A DNA stretch of 64,000 nt from Squalus acanthias (Eukaryota): positions 69,752,001 through 69,816,000 of the forward strand of contig CM059438.1 of the NCBI GenBank assembly GCA_030390025.1, read 5' to 3'. Position numbers and translations under genes: made by a program. Shown here in pieces: positions 50,263 through 61,814 of this stretch; positions within the stretch are counted from its first letter, which is position 1; each line of letters opens with the position of its first letter. The notes under the pieces are model-generated. The model made no database searches and was not told where the DNA came from. It saw nothing but the letters and a program-made list of their open reading frames with translations.

Positions 50263-51108
50263 GGGTTGGATTTTCTCAATGGGGAGCTTTTGGAGGCAGG
50301 ACACCCACTTGTCGGCTTTTAGTCCCGCTTCCATCGGCTTGTGGCCAACCCACGCTATTTTCCCTTGATTGACCTTGTTAAGCCCGCCCAGCAGGTTTAG
50401 CAGGCCAATTAAGGGAAAGCTGATTACAGGTGACGTCAGTGAGTAACGTTTCATCTGTCAAGAGCTTTTGACAGATGAATTGTCATCGTTTGACGGCTCT
50501 GTGATGCTGTCAAACACTGACAATCTGTCTTCTAAGTTTAGTCCTGTCACTCAGGCTGAGTAAGAGAGCTCTCCTGAGCAGAAAGCAGAAGGCTGCAGCT
50601 TTTGACAGTTCAGCGGCTATTCTGCTTTCTGTGCCGGTGAGCTGAGGGACTCCCGAGACCTGAAGGGAGGAAGCCTGCAGGAAGAAGTAAAGGTAAGTAA
50701 AACTTATTAAAACACTTTACAGACACCTCACACACTTACCTCTGCACAGATGCACCCATCACTCACCTGCACACTGGACATCTCAGCCCCTCCGACCCCC
50801 GCAGACCCACGGCTTGCCTCGCTGACCCTGGCGAGGTTCGGAGCTGTCGGGAAGCCCACACCTCAGGGCTGAAAATAGGGATTAGCCAAAAAACTGCCTG
50901 TTAACTACCTGTTAACAGGCAATTAATTGGCACTAATCCCCTTCCCGCCTCGGGGAGGCGGCTCCCAGCGCAGGTCGGCTACCCGCCTCCTGGGAAGATG
51001 TCACGGAGGCGGGTTGGGGGCGGGATGGGTACCCGCCCCCATATTCTGCCATTTTCGCGGCAGTCCCGCCTCCAAACCCGCCTCCCCAGGGCTGGCAAAA
51101 TCACCCCC
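50263..51108. mobile_element. Harbinger-type MITE (family B-related)
   Basis: GGGTTGGATTTT / AAAATCACCCCC; TSD CAT; subterminal CCCGCC repeats. Confidence 0.85.
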
Positions 51109-51314
51109 CATGTGTTATAAGAGCAGGCGACCATTTGGGAGTAACAGAAGAGATCTCATCAAAGCATAAAAAAATGGTTGGAGCTAATATGAGAGGGACC
51201 ATTTGAAGAAACTGGAACAACAAACAAACTGAGATTAGCAAGATTGAACTGAAATGGAGATACTTCAACCAGAATCTGAAGGTAACATGATGCAGTAGAT
51301 TTATAATGCACTGA

Positions 51315-51430
51315 AAGAAAAAGAAAAGAAAGACTTGCATTTATATAGCACCTTTCACGACCTCAGGACATCCCAAAGCGTTTTCCAGCCAGTGAAGTAC
51401 TTTTGAAGTGTAGGCACTGTTGTATTGTAG
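51315..51430 (-). mobile_element. DeuSINE/L2-type 3' tail
   Basis: AAAGAAAGACTTGCATTTATATAGCACCTTTCACGACC. Confidence 0.8.
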
Positions 51431-51715
51431 AGGTACAATATAATGTAATACAGTAATTACCCTCACACCCAGCTTCGATTTTATTCGAATTTTGAATTAA
51501 AATAACATATGGTGCACTGGAAATAAAGAGATGCAATAACAGGTGTGGTTTTCAGCTTGCCTGTTGGCTATTATGGACAGTTGCCTGTTATAGAGCACCC
51601 GATTTTCATTTCCATCTATCCCATGTCTAAAGCTGACTGTAGCCAGCTAGTAGTCAGAGATAGGATTGATATAAAAACACCATGGTGTCTCAGAAGGGAG
51701 CTGATATTTTGGAAT

Positions 51716-52090
51716 AAAGAAAGAAAGACTTGCATTTATATAGCGCCTTTCACGACCACCGGTCGTCCCAAAGTGCTTTACAGCCAATGAAGTACTTTTG
51801 GAGTGTGGTCACTAATGTAATGTAGGAAACGCGGCAGTCAATTTGTACACAGCAAGCTTCCATAAACAGCAATGTGATAATGACCAGATAATCTGTTTTT
51901 GTTATGTTGATTGAGGGATAAATATTGGCCAGGACACCGGGGATAACTCCCCTGCTCTTCTTCGAAATAGTGCCATGGGATCTTTTATGTCCACCCGAGA
52001 GAGCAGACTGGGCCTCGGTTTAACATCTCATCAGAAAGACGGCACCTCCGACAGTGCAGTACTCCCTCAATACTGCACTGGAGTGTCAGC
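51716..52090 (-). mobile_element. DeuSINE (SacSINE1-like), head missing
   Basis: Colinear with 13065-13460. Confidence 0.85.
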
Positions 52091-52454
52091 GTTGAAGTGC
52101 ACTAGAGTGTCAAGCCTAAAGCTTGAAACATGCTGCAGAGAGTCTCTTAATTGTTGCTGTTAACTACAAACCAATTATAAAACCATATTTCCAGTTTGCT
52201 CCCAACACACTGAAAACATTAATTTTTAAAAATAAAATGTCTTATCAACCAGTTTATTCATCACAGTGCCAATTGTCAGAATCTTACAAGTCTTTATGTA
52301 TAAGGACCATTTATTTGATTGAATTATTTTGTATTGGTCACTTAGCTGAAAACCACTGTGTACGTCAAATATAAGCCTGTTGTTTGGCCCTTAAGTATAG
52401 CGTGAGGACAAATTGCTAATCTTCTGATGGCCAGTCCTGCAACTGTGATAGATC

Positions 52455-52940
52455 ATTCAAGGCTGATACCTGGGATGGCAGGAATGACATATGAGGAGAG
52501 ATTGGGTCGATTGGGCTTATACTCGGTGGAGTATAGAAGAATGAGAGGGGATCTCATCGAAACATATAAAATTCTGACAGGTCTGGACAAACTAGATGCA
52601 GGAAGAATGTTCCCGATGGTCGGAGAGTCCAGAACCAGGGGTCATAATCTAAGGATAAGGGGTAAGCCATTTAGGACAGAAATGAGGAAGAATTTCTTCA
52701 CCCAGAGAGTGGTGAACCTGTGGAATTCTCTACCACAGAAGTTAGTTGAGGCCAAGTCATTAAATATATTCAAGAATGAGTTAGATATATTTCATAAAGC
52801 TAAAGGTATCAAGGGATATGGGGAGAAGGCAGGTACAGGGTACTGAGTTTGGATGATCAGCCATGATCTCATCGAATGGCGGAGCAGGCTCGAGGGGCCG
52901 AATGGCCTACTCCTGCTACTATCTTCTATGTTTCTATGTT
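52455..52940 (+). mobile_element. CR1 3' end
   Basis: RRMRGDLIETYK...[15 protein letters not shown]; tail TTCTATGTTTCTATGT. Confidence 0.95.
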
Positions 52941-53871
52941 AAAGAGGAATTTGGTTAAAAACTTTACAAATTGTTGTTATCTCCTACAACACAAATATTA
53001 AAAATGGTTAAGAATTAGTTCAGGCCTTTTGAGAACTAAACCACCCCGAAGCTGTTTTTTATGGGGAGAAAGGTGGTCACTAAGGTAAAGGGTGCCACTG
53101 CTGAAGATTGAAAGTGAGAACAGAAAAAGTATGAATGAGCAAATACCATACCTTTCAATGGACCACATGCAACTTGCTCTTAATAAAGAGAAGTGAAGAA
53201 TCACCAGTAACATTTCCTCCTATACCACATAGATAATTGATCAAAAACTTGATACTATCAGTCCAACTTTACAATTTTGATAATTCAGCCCTGATGAATT
53301 ACATCCCAATCATGGTTGCGACAGAATTATGTTATATTTCATAGAATATTTGATCATTACTTGTTGATCTAATAACCTTGGATTTGGTTGATAACCAGAT
53401 TTTACTCAGCTTCTCATGAAAGGATTTCACCAGCAAAACATTAATTACAAAAAAAATAGCATTCATTATGAAAAAAATCTTAATCTCCACCCTTGCTTGA
53501 GGCTTGCCAATTTTGTATTCATTTGCACTTAACCTGTGACAAATGATGTTAAATAACTAGCTCACATCTTCATTATCCATCCTTTCATCATTTTAAAGGT
53601 CTGGAATATATTCCCCAATATTTCCTTTCATTCAATGATAGCAAGTTTCACTCTATCAGCCTAATCTTGTTATTTAAGATTTTCTGTCTTGGAATCACAC
53701 TTGTCCCTCCTCTTTGTTTCTAATAGATTAACATGTTTTTGAAGGTAATGAGCACTTACATGGGATGAATGCACAAATGCAGTCATTTGTTTTGATTTAC
53801 TACACCAGCAACTCTCTTTTATCCTCTGCCTTTGCTAATGGGCAGTCACCATTATGTTTGTGTTCTCCATT

Positions 53872-54409
53872 CTTCTTCTTAGGCAGTCCCTCGAAACCGA
53901 GGATGACTTGCTTCCACATTAAAAATGAGTACTCAGGTGACTGATGAGTCCAATGCGGGACCTACAGTCTCTGTCACAGGTGGGGCAGACGGTGGTTGAA
54001 GGGACGGGTGGGTGGGGAGTTTGGGTTGACGTGCGCTGCTTGCGCTTGGCTTCCGCTTGCTCCCAGCGAACAGACTCGAGGTGTTCGCCGCCTTCCCGGA
54101 TGCTTCTCCTCCACTATGTGCGGTCTTGGGCCAAGGATTCCCAGGTGTCGGTGGGGATGTTGCACTTTTTCAAGGAGGCTTTGAGGGTGTCCTTGAAGCG
54201 TTTCCTCTGCCCACCTGGGACTCTCTTGTCGTGTTGGAGCTCAAGTAGAGCGCTTGTTTTGGGAATCTCGTATCGGGCATGCGGACGATGTGACCCGTCC
54301 ATCGGAGCTGTTCGAGCGTGGTCAAAGCTTCGATGCTGGGGATGTTGGCCTGAGCGAGAACACTGATTTGGTGCGCCTATCCTGCCAATGGATTTGCAGG
54401 ATCTTGCCT
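53872..54409 (-). mobile_element. RTE-clade LINE 3' end
   Basis: GGQRKRFKDTLKASLKKC...WESLAQDR; (AAG)n tail; TSD TTCTCCATT. Confidence 0.9.
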
Positions 54410-55672
54410 TTCTCCATTGCAATGTAGCTCATCTTGCATTTTCTACATAACCATTCAACACACTGTTGCTTAGCCCACCTATGCAATTTGACCAGATCCC
54501 TTCAGATGTCAGTAACTGGTTACCTGAACATGTAGATGTTTTTCCTCAGCATTGATGACACAATTAGAAGTATGCATCGAAAAGTAATTTAAGCACAATG
54601 CAAACAGCAGTCGCCTCAGAACTCGGTTAGTCAGCCTACCTCCATTCATCTTCATGGCACCAAGTGCCAGTTAGCATTAAGATAACGTCTGCTGCGAATC
54701 GTGGTTTCCCACTCTCCATTTGATGTGGCTTTTACAAAAAATTGCCTCCAAGATGTCCTTGATGTGCTTGTTGACAACAGTGGCCTTGGGGGCTACACCA
54801 TGTCTGCTTCATCCACAACATACTACCTTAATGAGCATTTGGGAACCAATGTAATATCAAACGCAATAATGACTGTCAAACTGTCAGTGAAAATTCTGAA
54901 ATGAGTTGACATTCTTCTATTTAGACACATGTTTGTGCGTGTTTTAGTACATAACTGGTATGTATAGACACAGCCTTTAAATTTGGAGGTTATTTTTCAG
55001 GAATCCTGAATTTTTACAATGCAGCATTTTCTATAAAGTATATCGCTGTTGAGTCTCACAAGATTAAAGAGGGATTGTTGCTGTCAGAACAGTATTTTTA
55101 AATCAGTTACAAAGAATTCTTGTTAATGTTAAAATGATTTTTTTCCCCTTGCACCATTGTCAATAAAGATTCTTTTATCAAAACTATCTGAGCATCTGTA
55201 GGTCAATTACCTTGAACGAAATGGAGATGTAATTCTCACCAGAATGCTATACTGTAGGTATCGCAGATCCTTATCATTGTAGTTCATCCTCACCAGGCTT
55301 TCCTGGGATGTTGCATCTCCTCCCCAGGTGTTGCACCTTGTTCCATGCGTCACATACTTGCTTTATTCAAAGCTCTCTACTCCACTGGATGACTCATTAT
55401 ATAAACATTTTAACTTGGTTTCGTATAAACACAGTGAAGCTCTGTGATAACGGTTTCCATTATTGTTTCAAAATCAGTTGGAAGAATGGAGTTTGAAGGT
55501 GAACACAACCACCGTATTTATTAAATTGTTAGGTGCTTCCGATGGGGAATGGTGTGCTCCTTTTCTTGGTGGGAAGGAGAGGAGGAGGGGAAATTGAGAA
55601 AATTTAGGTGAAAGATGTCATTATTGTAATAATTCCACACTTTGGCCCTAGCATTAAGCACACAGATCTAGT

Positions 55673-56422
55673 CTTCTTCTTCTTAGGCAGTCTCTCAGAA
55701 CCGAGGATGACTTGCTTCCACACTAAAAATGAGTTCTCAGGTGACTGATGAGTCCAATGCGGGACCTACAGTCTCTGTCACAGGTGGGGCAGATGGTGGT
55801 TGAAGGGGCAGGAGGGTGGGGTGCTTGGGTTGACGTGCGCTCCTTCCGCTGTTTGCGCTTGGCTTCCGCTTGCTCCCGGCGAACAGACTCGAGGTGTTCG
55901 GCGCCTTCCCGGATGCTTCTCCTCCACTTTGTGTGGTCTTGGGCCAGGGATTCCCAGGTGTCGGTGGGGATGTTGCACTTTTTCAAGGAAGCTTTAAGGG
56001 TGTTGTTGCAGCATTTCCTCTGCCCACCTGGGGCTCTCTTGCCATGTCAGAGCTCCGAGTAGAGCGCTTGTTTTCGGAGTCTCGTATCGGGCATGCGGAC
56101 GATGTGGCCCGTCCATCGGAGCTGATCGAGCGTGGTCAAATCTTCGATGCTGGGGATGTTGGCCTGAGCGAGAACACTGACGTTGGTGTGCCTATCCTGC
56201 CAGTGGATTTGCAGGATCTTGCGGAGGCAGCTTTGGTGGTACCTCTCCAGTGCTTTGAGTTGCCTGCTGTACATGGTCCATGTCTCTGAAGCATACAGGA
56301 GGGCGGGTATCACTACTGCTCTGTAGACCATGAGCTTGGTGCTGGGTTTGAGGTCCTGGTCTTCAAACACTCTTTTCCTCAGGCGACCGAAGGCTGCACT
56401 GGCACACTGAAGGCGGTGTTGG
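55673..56422 (-). mobile_element. RTE-clade LINE 3' end
   Basis: ASAAFGRLRKRVF...LLYASETW...LRWTGHIVRM and C-terminal CPTCDRDCRSRIGLISHLRTH; 11-bp TSD ACAGATCTAGT. Confidence 0.95.
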
Positions 56423-57301
56423 ACAGATCTAGTATAGTGCAAATAAAATGCAAAGTAAAACTCTTCTCATTTTGACCCAATAAAGACCCTCTACACTAAC
56501 CTCAGAACATACAGCCCTAATTCACCAGTGTGATATTTGCAGCAGGCGTCCTTGTGTATTCACTTAGCAAAACGTCAGTTAGTGTCAGTTTCAAATGATG
56601 GGCAGGTTTGTACTATTGACTTGTATTGATCAGGAGCTGGCTTGAAACTGTTCCAACTCATTACAGCTGACAGATAAAGGAGTTTCTCAGCATTCTTGGC
56701 CTGTTAGTTTAGGCTGAATTGGAATGCCGGTTCTTGGAGCTGAAAATAGTTTTTAACCCACTGTACAATCTGGTGACTCATTGAGAGCTGAATTAATTGT
56801 TCTTTGTGTCCAGTACGGTACTGAGTCTCCATTATCTATCTAGAAGGTTAATGGAAACAATTTAGAAATTTAAGAATTATCCTTATTGATAGGGTGCTCT
56901 TAAGTAGGTTTCACTGTTCTCTCAGATATCCTCCGCCAACATTTCCTTTATTTTGTATTGACTCTATTGTGCAGATAACACAGTTTAGGGATTTCTAACC
57001 CGTCATTCACTTACCCACCCAAGTTGGATGTACTGCTCAAAGAGCTGTGCTTCTGTTAGTATCCAGCAACCATCTTAACAGTCCTTTGCCTTATCTCGCT
57101 CATCTAGGATTAAATTGTCTTGTGTTATGCTATACAAGGCTATCAATATCTGGTGCATTGAATGCATCCAAGGCTCTTTCCCAGGTTAGTATATTTCTAG
57201 TACAGTGAGGAAATAAGCGTTGCTTTAGTTCGTTCTGGGAAATGAAGTGGGGCAAATAACTGATGAGAGTAGGTCAACAACTTGGAAATAGCGACCACAA
57301 C

Positions 57302-57583
57302 GGGCCTGAATTTGCAGTCGGAGGCTTCCCACGGGGAAATGGATTCGATCCGCAAATACAATCCGCGCCTAACTGGGGCCTTGGGATCCACGGCGACTTG
57401 CGCTCCTGGGCCTCTCCGAGAATGCACGGGTGAAGGCCCACATATCCCAGGGGCACACACAGGTTGGCAAACGCCCCTGGGATCACGTGGGCCTGCCCAA
57501 CCAGTAAAAGAAGGGGATCCCCATTCATGCTACGGGCGTGTACTCACCACTTACGCACCCATAGGGGCTGTAAAATACGGGCC
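57302..57583. mobile_element. Short Harbinger-type MITE (internally deleted family D-like)
   Basis: GGGCCTGAATTT / AAAATACGGGCC; TSD AAC; shares CCCCTGGGATCACGTGGGCC with the copy near 42906. Confidence 0.85.
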
Positions 57584-59173
57584 AACAATTTGAGAACAGA
57601 AAAGGACAAAACTCAGTTTTTTGTCTGCTTTGATTGATGTACTTGGAGATCTCAAAGATTTTGGGTGATTCAGGAAACATTTTTTAGGTCTTCTAATTCA
57701 AAAGGGCACACACTGCCTTTTTGGCATTGATTCTTGAAAGTGTCCTGGGCACATAACCTTTTAGACAAGCTTAACACCTGGGCTCTTTTTCTGAATTCAG
57801 ACAAAACAAGACCAGTATTAGAATTAAATCGAAATTACAACGCGGAAACAGGCTGTTTGACCAAACAGTCGATGTTGGTGATTATCCTCCACACATGCAG
57901 CAGTCCTCCCACGTGCCCGCTCTATTCCCATATCCCTTTATTCCCTGTTCTTCTGCAAGGTTAATTTTGTGAGGACCTGTGTCACAACCACATCAAAAAT
58001 GTATGGGTTTGGAAAGCAAAGCCACCTCTTACAGTGTTGAATGGAATTTTTTGTGCTTTTTTTGTAAGGTTCCAGGTCCTGGCTCAATTTGGATGTGTAG
58101 GAGTTAATTATCTTCATAGACTTGCCCTGATTTAACCTTCCACCTCCCCTGTGGTGAACCTGAGAATTGGTTTGAACAGATTTTGCTCCGCTTTCACAAT
58201 CTCAGATGCCACCAAAAAAGCCCTTTTTCTTTCTTAGTGATACTCCAAATATCAGTGAAATACAGCAAATCCTCTGCACCCCCCCAAAAAAGAGTCTAAC
58301 AGTTTGAATGCTTGGGACTAAGTCTGACTTACAAAGAAAGATGTATGCCAGTTGTGTGAGGTGCAATTGGTGTGCCAGTAAGTTGTTTGTTTCATTCTGT
58401 TGGGAGGACAGTTTGAGCCCTTGCAAAAGATAATATTTCGCAGGTGAATCCCACCATACAGACTGTAAAACTGCTTTGGAGATGAATTGTTGAAAACATC
58501 GCCTATCTAATGTCTTGAATATGGCTCCAAATTTGAAATGCAAGTGGAATTAATGCCCATAAATGTGAAAATCTAGGCATCATAATAACATTGCCATCTT
58601 GTAATCTTGTCTTTTTCTCTTCCAAAATAGTATTCAGAATGTTTTTATTGCGATTTGTATATCTGAAACTGTATTTTTTTTCAATGCAAAGTGCAGTAAA
58701 AGTGGGTTGAGCGTTCGTTTGTGGCACTGGCACTCACAGATTGACATAGCGTGAGTTATATGCAGGCTTTTTAATTCATCCCTCGTCTTTTTGCAATTAA
58801 TTGGATTGCATGGGAGTTGTTCAAAATTGACCAGTTTTCCACCTGCACTTGGTGATCAATTATCCCTGGGTCGCTGGAGTGTGGCATTGGTTGAAATGTG
58901 TTCGATTTAGGTTTGGGAGGATATCCTTAATCATTGTGGGTGGAAATGTACAATTAATTCTGGTTTTAATGGGAACACAAGCGGGATATCACTTATAGAC
59001 CAACACGGAGGTCCTAATATAATGAGTTAAAATTTTGATATTGAAAGATGAAAGTGAAAGTTTGTTTTTTCCAATCAAACATGTCCAAATATTAAGAACA
59101 AGTTTAAGTTACAGAATCAAATCTGTGCTCTATACATAAATGTGCTGTGTCCAGGATTAACAGGAGATACAGA

Positions 59174-59759
59174 CCGCTTTGCGGAACACCTCCAATCAGT
59201 CCGTAAGCATGACCCCGAGCTTCCGGTCGCCTGTCACTTTAATTCTCCACTCCACTCCCACTCTGACCTCTCCGTCCTCGGCCTCTTACACTGTTCCAAC
59301 GAAGCTCAATGTAAGCTCGAGGAGCAGCACCTCATCTTTTGATTAGGCACTTTACGGCCTTCTGGACTCAACATCGAGTTCAATAATTTCAAACCATAAC
59401 TTCTGCCCCCATTTTTTTTCACATGGCAGCTGTTGATGATTCTGCCATTCCCATTTCCACCTCTTCTAGACTGATCTTTTGTTTCTTTACTTGTCCCATT
59501 ACCATCTCCTTTTGCCTTGCACCATCATTCCTTCTGTCTTTTAATCTCTCCTGCCTTCCAACCTATCACAGACCTTCCCTTTTGTTCTTTCCTCCCCTCC
59601 CCTCTTTCCCTGCCCCTACACTTGCTTAAAAATCTGTTACATCTCTAACTTTTTCCAGTTCTGACGAAGGATCATCGACCTGAAACGTTAACTCTGTTTC
59701 TCTCTCCACAGATGCTGCCTGACCTGCTGAGTACTTCCAGCATTTTCTGTTTTTATTAT
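59174..59759 (+). mobile_element. Penelope-like element 3' end (GIY-YIG C-terminus plus pseudo-LTR with hammerhead at 59657-59693)
   Basis: RFAEHLQSVR...PVACHFNS..HS...EEQHLIF*LGTLRPSGLNIEF; AGTT-CTGACGA-A-GGATC-ATC-GACCT-GAAA-CGTT-AACT; 12-bp TSD AGGAGATACAGA. Confidence 0.9.
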
Positions 59760-60755
59760 AGGAGATACAGAACATCAGTGCGCAGAAAAATTATAGGCTA
59801 TTTTTTTCTGAGCGCCCTTGAAAAATATACTGTGGAGGCTGTCCAACGGCTGAGTGCAATATACTAACATGCTCCATCAGGGAATGATGGGATGTGGATT
59901 CATGCTTAAGACACCAGCATATATTGAGTCTTGATCTCAGCCAGGCCATCAGGAGATGAAAGGAAGGAAATTTCCTGGATGTCAGTTTGGTTCATTCTCA
60001 TATCTATTTTAATAGCTCAGTGCTGAGCGGCACTGGCAGGGACCTGGGATGAGCCATCTGTCTAACCTCCTCCTCCACAAGACATAAAAGAGGGTCAAAA
60101 GAGAAAACAACGGGGAGAGGGAGGAGGGGGAAAGAAGTGGTGAAATGATTTTTAGTTCTTGACCTTGAGAATGCTGCAAAATTTAAAAATGGAAGTTTTC
60201 TGCATCAATACTATGTATAGCTTGGACCCATACTTCAGAGTCGTTTACGATAATCAGATATAACAGTGTATTTTACCTTGCCTCTTAAAGCACTCCTAGA
60301 CATGAGAGTGATGCCAGAGGACTAGAGGTTTGCAAACGTTACACCCCTGTTCAAAAAGGGGGAGAGGGATAAACCCGGCAACTACAGGCCAGTCAGCCTA
60401 ATGTCGGTGGTGGAGAAACTTTGAGACAATAATCCGGGACAAAATTAATTGGAAAATTATGGGTTAATAAATGAAAGTCAGCACAGATTTGTTAAAGATA
60501 AATCATGTTTGACTAACTTGATTCCATTACTTCATCAAAGAACTCAAAGAGTTGATGAGGGTTGTGCAGTTGATGTTGCGTATAGGGACTTTCAAAATGC
60601 ATTTGACAAAGTACCACATAATAGACTTGTTAGCAAAATTAAAGCCTATGGGATTAAAGGGACAGTGGCAGCATGGATACAAAATTAACTAAAGGACAGA
60701 GGCCAGAGAGTAGTGGTGTGCATTGTTTTTCAGACTGGAGGGAAGAATACAGTGG

Positions 60756-60849
60756 TATAAAAACAGAAAATGCTGGAAATACTCAGCAGATAAGGCAGCA
60801 TCCGTGGAGAGAGAAACCGTTAATATTTCAGGTTGATGACCTTTTGTCA
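60756..60849 (-). mobile_element. 94-bp Penelope-like insertion with dead hammerhead, inside CR1
   Basis: 13-bp TSD AAGAATACAGTGG; antisense of the 59660-59757 segment. Confidence 0.85.
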
Positions 60850-61814
60850 AAGAATACAGTGGCGTTTCCCAGGGGTCGGTATTGGGACCACTGCTCTTTT
60901 TGATACATATTTATGACCTGGACTTGGGTATACAGGGCATAATTTCAAAGTTTGCAGATAAAACTACACTAGAAAATGTAGTAAATAGTGAGGAGGATAG
61001 TAACAGACTTCAGAAGGACATAGACTGGTGAAATGGGCAGACACATGACAGATAAAATTTAATGCAGAGAAGTGTGAAGTGATACATTTGGTCAGAAGAA
61101 TAAGGTGGGACAATATGAACTAAATGGTACAATTTTAAAGGGGGTGCAGGAACAGAGAGATCTGGGGTGTATGTATACAAATCTTTGAAGGTGGCAGGAC
61201 ACGTTGAGAAGGCTTTGTTAAACAAGCATATGGGATCCTTGGCTTTATTAATAGAGGCATAGAGTACAAATGCAAGGAAGTTATGCAAAACCTTCATAAA
61301 ACACTGGTTAGACCTCAGCTGGAGTATTGTGTTCAATTCTGGGTACTACACTTTAGGGAGGATGTCAAGGCCTTAGAGAGGGTGCAGAGGAGATTTACTA
61401 GAATGGTACCAGGGATGCGGCACTTTAGTTATGTAGAGAGACTGGAAAGGCTGGGATTCTTCTTCTTATAACAGAGAAGGTTAAGAGGAGATTTGATAGA
61501 AGTGTTCAAAATCATGAAGGGTTTTGATAGTGTAAATAAGGAGAAACTGTTTCCAGTAGCCGAAGGGTTGGTAACTAGAGGACAGCGATTTAAGATCATT
61601 GCCGAAAGAACCAGAGGAGACATGAGGAGAAATAATTTTTAAGGAGCGAGTTGTTGTGATCTGAAATGCCTGAAAGGGTGGTGGAAGCAGATCAATAGTA
61701 ACTTTCAAAAGGGAATTGGATAAATACTTGAAGCAAATAAGTTACAGGGCTATGGGGAAAGAGCAGGGAAGTGGGACAAATTAGATAGCTCTTTCAAAGA
61801 GCCAGCACAGGCAC

